64,000 bases of DNA from Torpedo marmorata (taxonomy: Eukaryota): positions 126,790,001 through 126,854,000 of the forward strand of contig OZ360227.1 of the NCBI GenBank assembly GCA_977017645.1, in the 5' to 3' direction. A program made the translations under genes and the position numbers. The stretch's first letter is position 1. Every line of letters starts with the position of its first letter. The notes under the pieces are model-generated. The model was not told where the DNA came from and did no database searches. It was given only the letters and a program-made list of their open reading frames with translations. This document shows positions 12,549-27,453 of this stretch, in pieces.

Positions 12549-13368
12549 GGTTTGGAGAAAAGAACGAGGAGGAAAGAAGGACTTTGATTGAAATTAAAGT
12601 GGGACGCTGGTTAAGAGGGATGGTTTGGTTTTCTGTAATAGTATTGTTATACTGAGTTGTGTTATATCGTGTAAATAATGGTTTTTAAGGTAAATAACAT
12701 AAAGAGGCAAAGAGCCCGGGGGGAGTTGGGCGGTACAAAGTTAGCTAGTTAGCTAGTTAATTAAGTATGCCAAAGAAGGCACTAAGTGCACCCCGTCTTG
12801 AGGGGGTTGATGGCACCAAAGGAGTGGGTGTTGTTGTTGGTGCTGGAGCAAGGGGAAGGGACATTTTTTTTAATCCGCGGTTTTTTTCGCGGTCTTTTGG
12901 GTTTTTTTTGCGTCATCGCCAGTGCTGAAGAGATATATATATTATTGTAAAAAGGGACAGCCACACCATAGAAAAAATATACAAAGGGGCTATAAAAATG
13001 GGATAGAACTGTGTATATATTCAAATGAGTAAGAATATAAGGTTTCTTAGTTTTAATGTTAATGGATTGAATGGACCCATAAAGAGGAAAAGAGTCTTGG
13101 CACACCTTAAAAAGCTACAGGCAGATATAGTTTTCTTACAGGAAACGCATCTTACAAAGCAGGAACATAGCAAATTAAAAAGAGGTTGGGTAGGGCAGGT
13201 AGCTGCATCTTCTTTTAACTCCAAAGCTAGGGGGGTAGCTATCTTAATAAACAAAAATGTTCTGGAGGTGGTTGGGGACACGGTTGTTGACTCGGCAGGA
13301 AGATATGTGATGGTACATTGTCAGATTTACTCAGAATCCTGGATACTCTGGAATCTTTACACACCAAA

Positions 13369-15456
13369 TTTTTTTTTATTTTTTTTTTATTTTATTTAAA
13401 CTTTTAAATCACAAAATACATAAGATTAAATATAAAATTATCAAAATACATGTGATACATTTTCACCCCCCCCCACCCTCCCTCCCCTTCCCAACCCCCC
13501 CATCCCCACTAATCTAGTAATATAAAATAAAAGTAAAAATAGACAAAAGAAAGAAAGTAAAAGATAGAATAAGGGGAATATCATCTATAAACTAATTCTA
13601 TTACGGAGGTCAAATATGCCAGTAGATCCGATATCTAGAGATCTTCAGATCCTTAAACCCACAGCTCTCATATATGGGCTCCAAATTTTCAAGAAGAAAT
13701 GATATTTATTACATAAATTATAAGTAATTTTTTCCAGTGGTTTACACGAACGGAGCTCTGCATGCCATCTTTCTAATCCTAAATCTAAATCAGATTTCCA
13801 AGTAATAGCAATGCATTTTTTCGAAACAGCTAAAGCAATTCATAAAAATTCTACTTGAAACATATTTAATTTCTTTTTAATACTAAATTTTTGTTATATC
13901 TCCAAATAAAAATAACATAGGATCCATTGGAAATGTAATATTAAATATTTTATCTAAAAAAAATTTAACTTTCAACCAAAAATCTTGAATCTTTGGACAA
14001 AACCATGTAGAATGAACAAAAGAACCTTCCTCATTATTGCATCTAAAACATAGTCCTGATAATGTCGGATTAAATTTCTTTAATTTTTTAGGTGTTAAAT
14101 ATAATTGATGAAAGAAATTATATTGTACTAATCTATATCTAACATTAATAATTTTTGTCATACTTAACTTACATAAATCTTTCCAGTGATTTTCATCTAT
14201 ATTTACATTTAATTCTAATTCCCATTTTAATCTTGATTTATGCAATCCTATTTTAGACATTTTCCTCTGAAACAATTTATACATTTGAGAAATAAATTTA
14301 TTAACATCTCCATTAGTAACTAATAATTCTAATTCATTTTGTCTTGGTAAAATCAAAGCATAACCTAATTTCTCAGTCAAAAAAGCTTTAACTTGATAAT
14401 AAGCTAAAAATGTATTATCTGGTATATTAAATTTATCTTTCATTCTTTGAAACGTAATAAATTTACCAGCTTCAAAACAATCATTAATCTTCTTAATACC
14501 TTTTTGAAACCAAATTTTAAGTAACTGATTATTAACAGTAAATGATATAAGTCCATTTTGATATAATGGCATATTTGAAGAAATTAATCCTCTTCCACCT
14601 ATCTCTTTATCTGTCTTACCCATATTTCTAACAAATGTTTAATAATCAGTGAATTTTTCTTTTTTAATAATATTAATTTAGAATCTCATTTATAAATAAT
14701 TTCTTCTTTAAGATTTTCTCCTATATTATTTAATTCTATTTTAATCCAAGCAGAAGATTTAGTTGAATCAAAAAATTCATTAACGAATTTTAATTGAGCT
14801 GCTTTATAATAATTTTGAAAATTAGGAAGTTGCAATCCACCCATCTCATAATTCCAGGTTAACTTTTCCATGCTTACTCTTGCTAACTTTCCTTTCCATA
14901 AAAATTTCCTAATAATAAAATTTAAATCTTTAAAAATTTTTTGAGGAATTCCAAAAGGAATTGATTGAAAAAGATACTGAACTCTTAGAAAAATATTCAT
15001 TTTAATACAATTTACCCTTCCCATTAAAGTTATGGGTAAGTCTTTCCAATTCTCTAAATCTTTCTTTATTTTCACAAATAATGGTAGATAATTGAATTTA
15101 TATAAATTTTCCAATTTTGTATCAACTTTAACCCCCAAATATTTAATTCCTTCTTTAGCCCATTTAAATTGTGTAATTTCTTTACATCTAGTGTAATCAC
15201 CTTGAGATAAAGCCATTGTTTCACTTTTATCCGAATTAATTTTATATCCAGATATTTCACCATATTCTCTTAATATAATAGATAGTTGTTGAAGTGATAT
15301 AATAGATTTTGTCATATATATATATACATCATCTGCGAACAAACTAATCTTATGTTCTTCCATACCAACTTTAATACCCACTATTTTAGGATCTTTTCTA
15401 ACTAATTCAGGCAAGAGTTCTATCGCCAAAACAAATAAAGCTGGTGACAGGGGACA
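13369..15456 (-). mobile_element. AT-rich L1 copy, 5'-truncated at CPLSP, replacing ~2 kb of L1-A ORF2
   Basis: Poly-T start, C-rich (G-tract) 3'UTR, FADD and KYLG. No TSD; the host jumps from NLYTPN to DNILQNLY. Confidence 0.92.
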
Positions 15457-16017
15457 GGGGATAATATTTTGCAAAATTTGTATGGACATAACTACATTCC
15501 TATGGTTGGAAAGATTGAAGATGATTTACTTAGGTGGAGGAACCTGCCCATTACTCTAGTGGGCAGAGTGAACTGCATTAAAATGAAGGTGATGTCGAGA
15601 CTGCAATACCTCTTTCAGTCCTTGCCAATCCCATTGCCACGGGTCTTTTTTAAAACACTTAACGGATACGTAAGGCAATTTACCTGGAGTGGTAAGGTCT
15701 CCAGAGTTTCCATGGAGAAGCTGATATGGGATTACAATTTGGGGGGGTTTGCGATTAGCAGATTTTAAGAAATATTATTTAGCAGCCCAGTCGAGGTTTC
15801 TTTCATCCTTTTTCGAGGGGGACGATCACCCCTCGTGGGTTCAAATTTGACAACACACCATAGGAGAGAAAATAGCGAAGGATTTTATCTACAAATGGAA
15901 CACCAAATTAATATCTGGGCGAACGGACAACCCCATTCTAAAACATATGATTAAGATTTGGCAGGAAATCAATGAATGTACTGGAGGAAAGGTGGAAATA
16001 TCACCAAAGGCACTTTT

Positions 16018-19000
16018 TTTTTATATAATTTTATTTAAATTTTAAAATCACAAAATACATAAATCAAAAATAATATATCATTCCAAGTACATGTGATATA
16101 TTTCCTCCCCCCACCCACCCTCCCCTCCCCAACCCCCCAGCACTATTCTAAAAAAAAAAAAAGAATATTAGTTATAAAGAAAAAAAAGAAAAGAATTGAA
16201 TAATAAAGAATTAAAGAATTAAAGTGAGGAGAAAACAAATTACAAGCTAATTCTATTTATATATTGGAGGTTAGTTTTTCCAGCGGAGCCGACTTCTAGA
16301 GAATTAATTCATACCCATAATTCTCATATATGGGCTCCAAATTTTCAAAAAGAAATGATATTTATTACGTAAATTATATGTAATTTTTTCCAATGGTATA
16401 CAAGAACGTAATTCTGCATGTAATCTATCTAAATTCAAATCTAAATCTGATTTCCAAGTAATAGCAATACATTTTTTTGAAACCGCTAAAACAATTCGCA
16501 AAAATTCTATTTGATACATATTCAATCTATTTCTAATAATAATTTTTTTAATATCTCCAAATAAAAATAACATAGGGTCCATTGGAACCGTAATATTAAA
16601 AATTCTATCCAAAAAATCTTTAACTTTAGACCAAAAGTCCTTAATTTTAGAACATAACCATGTTGAATGAACAAACGAACCAATTTCATCCTTACATCTA
16701 AAACACATATCTGATAATGCCGGATTAAATTTCTTTAATTTTTTAGGTGTTAAATATAATTGATGAAAAAAATTATATTGTACTAATCTATACCTAACAT
16801 TAATAATTTTAGTCATACTCAATTTACATAAATCTTTCCAATGTTTTTCATCTATATTAATATTTAAGTCTGATTCCCAACTTAATCTTGATTTATGAAA
16901 TCCTACCTTAGGCATTTTTCTCTGAAGTAATTTATACATTTGTGATATAAATTTGTTAACATTTCCATTAGTAATTAATAATTCTAATCCATCCTGTCTT
17001 GGAGCTATTAATTGATTCCCCAATTTCTCAACTAAAAATCCTCTAACCTGATAATAAGCTAAAATTGTATTATCCAATATTCCAAATGTTTCTTTCAGCC
17101 TGGAAAATGTAACAAATCTTCCAGCCTCAAAACAATCTTTAATCTTCTTAATTCCTTTTTGAAACCATAATTTTAAAAATTGATTATCAATAGAAAAAGG
17201 TAATAATAAATTCTGATACAATGGCGTATTTGGAGATAATAACCCTTTTCGTCCTATCTCATTGTCTAACTGTGTCCAAATTTCCAACAAATGTTTAATA
17301 ATCGGTGAATTTTTCTTTTTAACTAATAATAATTTAGAATTCCATTTATAAATAATATCTTCTTTATATCTCTCCCCTATATTATTCAATTCTATATTAA
17401 TCCAAGCAGTAGATTTAGTTAAATCAAAAAATTCATTAATAAACTTTAATTGAGCTGCCTTATAATAATATAAAAAATTGGGGAGTTGTAATCCACCCAT
17501 CTCGTAATTCCAAGTTAATTTATCCATACTTACTCTCGCTAATTTTCCCTTCCATAAAAATTTCCTAATAATAATTTTTAAATCTTTAAAAAATTTTTGA
17601 GGAATTCCAAAAGGAATAGATTGAAAAAGGTATTGAACTCTTGGAAAAATATTCATTTTAATACAATTCACTCTTCCCATTAAAGTTATAGGTAAATCTT
17701 TCCAGTTCTCCAAATCTTTCTTTATTTTCTGAAATAAAGGTATATAATGTAATTTATATAAATTTTCCAATTTTGTATCTACTTTAACTCCCAAATATTT
17801 AATTCCTTCTTTAGCCCATTTAAATCCTGTAACTTCTTTGCATTTAGTATAATCTCCTTGAGATAAAGCCATTATTTCACTCTTATCCGAATTTATTTTA
17901 TAACCAGATATCTCACCATACTCCCTCAATATCTTAGCTAATTGTTGAAGCGATACAATAGATTTCGTCATATATATTAATACATCATCTGCAAATAGAC
18001 TAATTTTATGCTCTTCTGTACCTATTTTAATCCCATTTATATTAATATCTTTCCTAATCATTTCAGCCAACGGTTCTATTGCCAATACAAATAAAGCAGG
18101 TTATAAAGGGCATCCTTGTCTTGTTGACCTCATCAAGGGGAATTTAGATGATATCTGACCATTTGTAATTACTCTAGCTGTAGGTTCTTTATATATAGTT
18201 TTAATCCAATTTATAAAAGTATTCCCAAATCCATATTTCTCTAAGACCTTAAATAAAAAATTCCATTCTAATCTATCAAATGCTTTTTCTGTGTCTAATG
18301 TTATCACCAACGGCAAATCTTGTTTCCTTTTTTGCAAATTAATTAAACTTATTAATCTTGCTATATTATCTTTCGAATATCTATTTTTAATAAATCCTGC
18401 TTGATCTGAATGTATTAAAATCGGTAAATACTTAGCTAATCTATTTGTCAAAATTTTTGCCGTTATTTTGTAATCTACATTCAACAATGATATAGGTCTG
18501 TATGACTCAGTTTTTAATACATCTCTATCTTTCTTTGGTATAACTGTAATAATAGCATTCAAAAAAGTTTTCGGTAATAAATAAGTTTCGTTAATTTGAG
18601 TCAATACTTCCATATATATAGGTATCAATAAATCTTTAAACTCCTTATAAAACTCTATCGGAAATCCATCATCACCAGGAGATTTACCACTTTTCAATGT
18701 CGATAAAGCTTCAACTACTTCTCTCATTGTAATAGGTAAATCTAACATATCTCTATTAAAATTATTTAATCTAGGTAATGTAATTTTGGATAAAAATCTA
18801 TTAATTTTTGTATCATCATGATCAATCTGAGAGGTATATAAATTATGATAATATTCTCTAAAAGATTCATTTATTTCCTGAGGTTTATAAGTTATTTCAC
18901 CAGTACTTTTTTTATAGCATTTATAGTTTTAGAAACTTGTTCTTTTTTTAATTGCCATGCTAAAACTTTATGTGCTCTTTCTCCTAATTCATAATATCTT

Positions 19001-20237
19001 TGTTTCGTTCTACCAATTAATTTTTCTATTTTTCGAGTTTGTAATATATTATAATGCAATTTCTTCCTAATTAAACGTTGTCTCCTAAAAATTGTTTTAT
19101 TTCTTTGAAAATCTTTCTCCATAAATTCAATCTCCCTTTCCAATTTTCCTTCTTCTTTCAAATAATCTTTTCTAATTTTTGCCGAAAAACTTATTATCAA
19201 ACCTCTTAAATAAGCTTTTAAAGATTCACAAATTATAAATTTATCATTAACCGAATTTTTATTTATTCTTAAAAATTCCTGAATTTCTTTTCTTATATAT
19301 TCACAAAAATCTTTCCTATTTAATAAAGAAGAATCAAATCTCCAATTATATACAGTTTTTTCTTTCTCTGGAATTATACACGTCATCAATAAAGGTGAAT
19401 GATCTGAAATTATTCTTGCTTTGTAAGATATTTGAGTTACTCTATCCTGAATTTGTGAAGATATCAAAAATAAATCAATCCTAGAAAATGAATTATGTCT
19501 AAAAGAATAAAATGAATAATCTTTTTCTCTAGGGTTTAATTTCCTCCAAATATCTACCAGATTCAAATCTTCCATTAAATTAATAATTCTTTTAACTATT
19601 TTAGGTCTAGCAAGTGTTCTAGTAGTTCTATCCATGTTCGCATTTAAACAACAATTAAAATCTCCACCAATTAAAATATTTTCCTTAGCCTCAGATAAAT
19701 GTAAAAAAGCATCTTGAATAAACTGTTCGTCATCCGGATTTATAACATATAAATTTAAAAATAAATTTGACAATGTATTAAAACATATCTACCAGCTACA
19801 TCAGTCACTACTGATTGTATTTTAAATGGTAATTTTTTATTAACTAAAATCGCTACACCTCTCGCTTTAGAATTAAAAGATGAAGCTACTACATGTCCCA
19901 CCCAATCTCTTTTTAACTTTTGATGTTCCTTATCAATCAAATGTGTTTCTTGTAAAAAAGCTATATCTACTTTCAATTTCTTAATATATGCCAAAGTTTT
20001 TTTTCTCTTAATTGGATTATTAAGCCCATTAACATTAATACTTACAAAATTTATACTTCTAGAATACACCATAAATAAACTTTAGTCGTTCTCTATCTGT
20101 CTGATCTGCTAGCGTTTCCCTCCTAATCTGTTGACCACATATTTTCTCCTCAAATAGAATAGAAAACCAAAAAAGTAAGAAAAAATACCCCATAAACAAC
20201 ACCGGATTGTCTATCCCAGTGTCAACCCCCTCCGTCG
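16018..20237 (-). mobile_element. AT-rich L1 copy with the whole ORF2 region (disrupted), truncated in the inter-ORF spacer
   Basis: 15-bp TSD accaaaggcactttt (16003-16017, 20238-20252). ORF2 pieces: 19755-20072, 18892-19773, 18101-18748, 16304-18085. Confidence 0.95.
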
Positions 20238-23200
20238 ACCAAAGGCACTTTTGATCCAAAATTAAACTATACCCATGGCTTTGGGTAACAAATTTTTAAA
20301 CATTTGGCACCAGAAGGGACTCCGATATATTGAAAGCTGTTATGAGAAAGGACAACTTATGTCTTTTGAGCAATTGAAGAGTAAATATGATTTGTCTAAT
20401 GGAACCTTCTACTGTTTACTTCAACTAATGTCCTTCTTGAGGGATAGATGGGGTCCTACAATGACCACACCTAGATGTAATGAAATGGAAAAGTTGCTTC
20501 CATTGGGAAATGCACCTAAATTCATATCTAGAATGTATTTCGTACTCCAAAGCGAAAGCCCTAAGCCGGGCCTACAAAGATCGAGAGAGAGGTGGGAGTC
20601 GGACTTGGGAACAACAATTCACGAACGATGCTGGTCAGACTGGTGTTTAGATAGCATGACAGCAATCATAAAAGCCAGATATAGGCTGGTTCAATATAAT
20701 TTCCTACACCAATTGTATCTCACACCACAAAAACTACACAAGTCAAAACCAGAGATGTTAGAAATGTGTTTCAGGTGTGGGATAGAAATTGGATCATTTT
20801 TACACTCCACCTGGTCATGTGCAAAGGTAAGGCCCTTTTGGCATGATTTAGCTAAGGTACTAACTAGGATTACGGGAGTAGCCTTCCCACTAGACCCGGA
20901 GTTGTATCTTTTTAGGAAACCTCATGGACATAAGCAACAGATTATCCAAATTCCAAATTCAATTTGTAAAAGTTGCTCTGTCCGTAGCAAAAAAATGCAT
21001 CGCAGTTACGTGGAAGTCCAACTCTCCTCTTCTCATCACTCGATGGTCTACGGAAATGTACAGCTGTATCCCAATGGAAAAAATTACATATAGTCTTAGA
21101 AATAATTATGATAACTTTGTTAAAGTGTGGCAACCATACTTGGAGCACATTGGTGCTCAGTTGTAATCAAACCCCTGAGATATGGTATACTGTAAGGTAT
21201 AATTATTTTAAGGGTGTGTCATCCCCAAATACTTGGACAAAAGTTGTAAGCGCTGATGGTACGTTTAGTTTTCTTTTCTTTTTCTTTTTCTTTCTCTTTT
21301 GTCTTGGTTTTATTCTTTTTGGGTGGGGAATGGAGGGTTAAGGGGCGTAATGTATTCTGTACTTGATACATTTGAAATTTATGTATATTTATGATTGTTT
21401 ATTAATGTTTTGTGAAAATTTTTGAAAATTAAAAATAAAATATATATTTTTTTTAAACTGAAGTGTTCCAAAGACTGCAAAAAGAAAGGTGTGAATGAGC
21501 AATTAGATGCTTTTTTTCTGCAGATACTAAATGGGTGTTCAATAGCTATCATGTTCTGAGGAACTAATTGCTGTCCTGCTAATTAAATTCAGTATAAACA
21601 TATAGAAATACTTTTAGTTTAAAACATTTTTTTAACATACAATTAGTATTTGAGTGACATATGCACAATAAAACAAAACAAAAAGTTGTCTATTTTGTTT
21701 AAAGTGCTAATCACAAATGGCCATGGCAGAATGGCTGCTATTTTACTAATGAGACCCAGAATGTTTCATATGCTGTTATGGTGATCAAAGTGAAAGTGCT
21801 AAACATGTTATGACTACATTTTATAATTTATTATTTGTTTTGGAGACTCATTAAAATCTGCTTTTAACAGTAAGGAAATGCCACTGGTTAGCTCTTCTAC
21901 TAGGCATTGCTAGTTAGGTTGGAAATATTAGCAAGAAAGTGAGAAAAAAACTACATTACTGCCAACACTCTAAAAATGTTATATATTTTAAGATTCTTTT
22001 GATTTTTAGGTGTAAATTTATTTCTGTTATTTTTTTTCTCAATGCCAGTACCACTGACAATTGTAAAAGTGCTGGCAGTCTTATTATCCATTTCTGTTTC
22101 AGCTTAAATTGGTTAATAAATATATATATATATATATTATAATATAAATAAGTAAACAGAAAAGCACACTACTCACATGTGCCCGACAAGCTTGTTTCGT
22201 GGATCTTTCCACTCTTCAGGGGTAGTTGCTGTAAGGGATACCTCGGTTATATAGTAAGGGGTCTGGTATGTGAGTCAAATTAGGTGTTAATGGTAGACAG
22301 TGAAGATCAACCTTACCTAAACTCTATATTATAATATATATATATTTTTTTTTTTTTTTAACAGACATGATAATGTGAAGAGCAAACAGTTTTGATTACA
22401 CTTCAAGATAAAGGAAATTATTTCCCTCTGTGAATTACGTTGGTTAAAAAACAATCTTTCACTCTGTATCCACTTACATATTCCTCAGCAGCAGCAGAAG
22501 ATACAATTTCTTCCCCAAGGTAAACAACATTATTCTGCACATGTAGACATTCATACATCTACTGATAACTCCAAGGCAGATCTAAATAGTTAAGACTATT
22601 ATGCCATCAATGTGCAAATCATATGCAACTCTTGCCAGAAAATAATTCAGGTCAATGCACACTTCCCAAGAGGAAACATGATGTTTTCATTCTGAAGTGC
22701 TCAGATGTCACTGAGCTTTTTGAAGGAGAGAGAAGGATGGAAAGCTGATTCCTCTGAAACCAGTCTACATGAGGCAGCCATTGCTGATGACACGTCGGTA
22801 CAATGTTGTGACCTAGCATAGAGCTGATAACGTGTGGCATATAGATTAAATAAGATGTTAACTGGTCAAATAATTTAGATTACAATAACACCATTTCTCA
22901 TGCTTGCAACAGCCAGTGTCTGACTCACTGATCAAAATCATCTGAAATCAATTTATTAATGAAACATTCTGCCAAAGCAGCCTGGCATGTAATGCCCAAG
23001 GATCCCATTGTCTAATTCTTATGATCTTGACTTGTGAGGACCACTCTTGGAAAAGTGAATTACCCATCGCAATTTATTTTACAAGAAGAGATTCAATTAC
23101 ACAGGAAATTTATTTCTAAAGGAAAGTCGGATTTATTGCAAATACATAAAACTTTCCTTCATGGTCCTCCATGCATTTGACTTGCGAACCACAGAAGAGC

Positions 23201-23459
23201 CTGGACATGTGCATAGGCATCTAATTGCCTGGATGCCACTTTGGGACTCTGATTCATGCACACAGACATGCAGCGCAGCCTTTAGCTGTACTCATGAGAC
23301 TTGTTTGATAGACTCTACTTTCTGGGACTTTCACCTTTCACTTCATAAGGCATATTCGAGTTACACCCAGAAACAGTGGTAGGTTCTCTATCAAATGTCC
23401 ATTGGCCTGCTGCACATCACTTCATATACAGTAAGTGCCCTAAACATGTGTCATTCACC

Positions 23460-23870
23460 AGGATATGGTGGTGGAGTGGAAATTGAATTACCAGTGCAGT
23501 AATCCAGAAGCACGGAAGACCATCCAGTGATATGAGTTTAAATCCACCATGTTGCTGGACAATTTAAACTCCGTTTATTAAATAATCTGGAATTTTATTA
23601 AAAACTAGCCTCATACTGGTAACAATGAAACTGTTGGATCTGGTTCACTAATATTCTTCAGGAGAGGAAATCTGTTGTCCTTACCCAAACTGACCTATTC
23701 ATGGCTCCAGACCACTGAACTTTGGTTGACTCTCAACCGTCCTCTGAAAGTGCTGAGCAAGCTCTTCAGTAAAAAACTTAATTACTGCAATAGCTCATCA
23801 CCAGCTTCTCCACCATAACTAGCGATGGGCAATGCATTTGTTTTTGCCCGTGATACTGGTATTGAGAAAA
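23460..23870 (+). mobile_element. Deu-domain (SacSINE/AmnSINE-like) SINE remnant
   Basis: tctggttcactaat...ggagaggaaatctgttgtccttaccc...gactctcaaccgtcctctgaa...atgggcaat. Confidence 0.65.
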
Positions 23871-24638
23871 AATTAACAGAAATAAATTTACACCTAAAAA
23901 TCTACCATGTGAATTTATTGAGACTTGCTCTTGTAATGAAATTTCCTATTTGCCTGTCTCAAATCTCTGCTGTAATGGTATGCATAACGTTGTGGTTTTG
24001 GTTTCAAAGAAGCTTTTTGAGCTTTACTTCACTTGAAAAACTTCAAAATGTGGATTGGATTGACAAAGAATTTGAGTTTCTTTGCAGAAACTGTCATTTC
24101 CTCTTTTCTGAAGGCCGACATACCTATAATTATTGGTGTTTAGTGTGGCAGCCTTGTAAAAAAGCTTGCCCACAGAGCTGATTGGATTGTTGAAAATTCA
24201 ATTGACAGTTTAGCATCAAATTTTTAATTTCTCTACCATTCAAACATCGCAGCCACCAAATGAGAGATTACTTTAACACTTCACCATAAGATAAACTAGT
24301 ATTACGGATCAATTACAGTTAATGCACAGTGAACAAAGAGCAAAGTCCAATTTTGAAATGCCTGAATACAAAAAATTGAAAGCACAGCAATTAAGAATTA
24401 TCTGGAATGACAACATCTCAGTTAAATACACAATCTAAGAACATATGTAGGCATGCAGATATACATATCTCTTTCTTCAGTCACATTTAGCTACAGCCTT
24501 GTTAAACAAAAGTATTTTGTTTCAATTTTAGAGCTCCATATATTGCAAGTGAAATTATCCACCTACTCTACTTGGTTGCTCTAGTCAGTGGCTTAAATAT
24601 ACATAAAAATAGAACAATCTCAAATTAAAATGTTAATA

Positions 24639-25893
24639 CAGTAAAATCCACGTTATCCAGAATTCAAGCAACTGGCAACCCCAAGCAACCTGCAAAAAAA
24701 ATTTGAGGAAATAAAAAAATAAAATAAATTAAAATAAATAAGAATAAATAAAAAATAAATAAAAGTTTACAATTGTAAAAGTAAATGTTCTCGAAGCAAC
24801 ACACAAACCCTTGGTGAAAATGGAAGCAAACATTCAGCCAGCGGAGCGACCTGGTGGTGTCCCACCCGCAGCAGCGGTTTGAATAAAGTTTAAATAAAAT
24901 TGTGTTTGAATGAAATGACATCGCCCAGGATGAAGAGCCGACCGATGCCGCTCACCACTGGGGCGAATCTCCCAAAGTGTCTCCCTATCCCTGCCGTAAA
25001 AAGGTAAAGGTAAAGGTTCCATTATTGTCACGTAATACTACATTTAGAATGTAACATACATGAAATTCTTTAATTTTTGTCTACCGAAGAGTCTTTATCT
25101 TTATTAGTATATTATTAAGTATCATATATACTTGTGTAATAGACGATCCCATGTAATAGTCGACTCCCTCTCCTTTTTTGGCCCAAAATTTGCATGTTTT
25201 CCATATGACCGCCCGTGTAAAAGTCGACCCCCCCTTTTTTGGCCCCGATCGCCTGCCAATTCGAGCTCCCAATGCCCCGACCGTTACCCTTACCATGGCC
25301 GCCCGCCCACCAGAGCTCCCTTCGCCCCCGCCACAGACTCTCTCCTAGGCCCCGGCCGCCCAACCATCCAAGCTTCCAATGCCCTGAACGCGGACTTACC
25401 ACCTGGTCCTGGCCAACCAAGCTCCCGATGTCTCGAACGACGCAGGTACTTACCGCGATCAAAAGTAGTATCCGTGTAAAAGTCGACCCCCTTAATTTGA
25501 CCCGAAAAATTGGTCAAAAAAACTCAACTATTACTCGAGTATATACGGTATATTAGTAAGGCTTAATCTGTAAATGGGGTGTGGGGTGGGGGGTTAGCAT
25601 AGCGGTTAGTGCAACGCTGTTAACAGCGCCAGTGATCGGGGTTTGAATTTAAATTTAAATTTTGTAAGTTACGGGAATTACTTGACTAAAGTGAACTTTA
25701 CATTATTAAGGACTAGAATACTGAATTTTTTCAAATTACTTTACATTTTGCACTGTCTTTTGTCTTTTAAACTGTTTATTCATAATGATTACGGTAGTTA
25801 GGCATTGTAAGAGTGAATCTCAAGCAACCGGAAAATTTGCATATCCGGCATCTACCAATCCCCATAGGTGCCGGATACTGGGGGTTTTTACTG
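24639..25893. mobile_element. Tigger/pogo-like element hosting three smaller insertions
   Basis: ta|cagtaaaatccacgttatccag ... ccggatactgggggtttttactg TIRs. Subterminal caagcaac(t/c)gg occurs near both ends. Confidence 0.7.
25122..25548. mobile_element. pogo/mariner-type MITE (CCGTA-type TIR)
   Basis: ta|tcatatatacttgtgtaat ... attactcgagtatatacgg|ta, with repeated cgtgtaaaagtcgacccc. Confidence 0.7.
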
Positions 25894-27453
25894 GACAAGT
25901 CTATCCAGAACTTGTGTTTCTTTTTTATTTAAACAAAATTATGAATATTAGCTCAATTCCATTCAACTCTTAAAATAATTGCACCCACAAAAAGGATATT
26001 TTATTAATAATTAATTGATCATTTTAATTTTTATTGAATTTCTCCTTAGCATCAAATTCAGCATCAAATATACAGCAACTCCTTCTTACAAATGTTACAC
26101 ATAAGGCTTGCATATTCTTAAAGCATAATAGAAGCTTGAAGTATTTTTTAAGACTCAGTGGAATTGAATGAATATCCACAAAAGCTTCTTCAAACTACTG
26201 AAAATCCAAACATTGTTGGATTTCATCATTACTAACATTTACTCTCAATTACAGTTGTGCTATCATTTGTCTCAGGTTACACCTTTTCATATTTACACTG
26301 CAGATTACCACCTTCCCTGCTGATATCCACATGTTCTATTCAGCAAATTAAAAACATTCAACCAAATTACAAAATTTAAAGATTATCTATTTCAAAAGTA
26401 ATATGTTATTCAATCTTTAACTCCATTTTGTGCATTAGGTATAAAATGGTTGTGAATTTTGCTGAGTTTAAGTCCCATCAATCAATACTGGCATGCAGTG
26501 AATGGTCTTTCAGCTCAGTGACTCAGTTGCACCATCCAGCATGAGTTGACACCTATAACCCAGAAGCTACCACGTTCAGCCTCTTGTACACAAGCTGTCT
26601 GTTTTCAGTTACAATTCAAATAAGATTGCAAAATGTGGGCTAGCTTTTCTGCTGAAAATCGGAAATAAAAACAGAAAATGCTGGAAAAACCCAGCAGGAT
26701 AGGTAGCAACTACGGAAAAACAGGCCGACTAAATACAATGTTAACTCTGCTTCTTCCTTCTCAGGTGCTCTTTTACTTGCTGGATATTTCCAGAATTTTC
26801 TGATTTTTATTTCAACAATGGGGTTTGTGCTCAATTATTCCCAAAGAAGAAAGAACCATTTGGAGTTACCCATCATGCTCCTTGGTACCACTTACTTGCT
26901 TGGACTCACAGGTGAAAAATGGACAGAGTTAGAAAGTGAAATTATTGACTTAAATGCTCAACTGGATCAACAAATATCACAGCCACTAGGGCAAGTCAAG
27001 GTATCTTGTGGTGAGTGGCCTAATTTTTGTTGCCAACCCCTTGATATATTCCTTTTTAAATCTAAATTATTTCAGGGAATGTACACATGACTAAGAATAC
27101 CACAAGCGTTCTTCATCCTAGTGACCCCTGAACTGAGGAATAATCAAGGTTTAACTGCATTGATGGTTCTGGGTTCTCATAGAATGGTGAAGCAGCACAA
27201 GTTTCCTTCCTTGAAGAACAACCTTTATTTCCCATCCACAATTACCCTGGAGAAGTTGCAAGTGAGCCACCTTCTTGAACTACTGCAGTAATCAAGTTAT
27301 GACTGAAGAGTCTCACACCAAGTACTTGAAATGCAGAGATGGCGTCTTGAAGCTCAGAATCAATGTAGCTGTGTCAACCATTATCTACTGTCACAAATCA
27401 CCAAGGCATCTCCAACAACTCCAAGAAAGAGAAAGGAACATTGCTACTTCCAC

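Larger units (their letters stand above)
11630..21453 (+). mobile_element. L1-A: GC-normal L1 with ORF1, spacer, ORF2 in three pieces (13025-13368, 15457-16017, 20238-21166) and 3'UTR
   Basis: ORF1 LENFSRRNNIRIIGLKEG, IERAH; EN NVNGL...FLQETH; C-terminal CFRC...HSTWSC and EKITY; AATAAA near 21434. Confidence 0.92.

Noticed and set aside
25081-25556. Cluster of overlapping Pro/Gly-rich ORFs
   Set aside because: GC-rich interior of a MITE.
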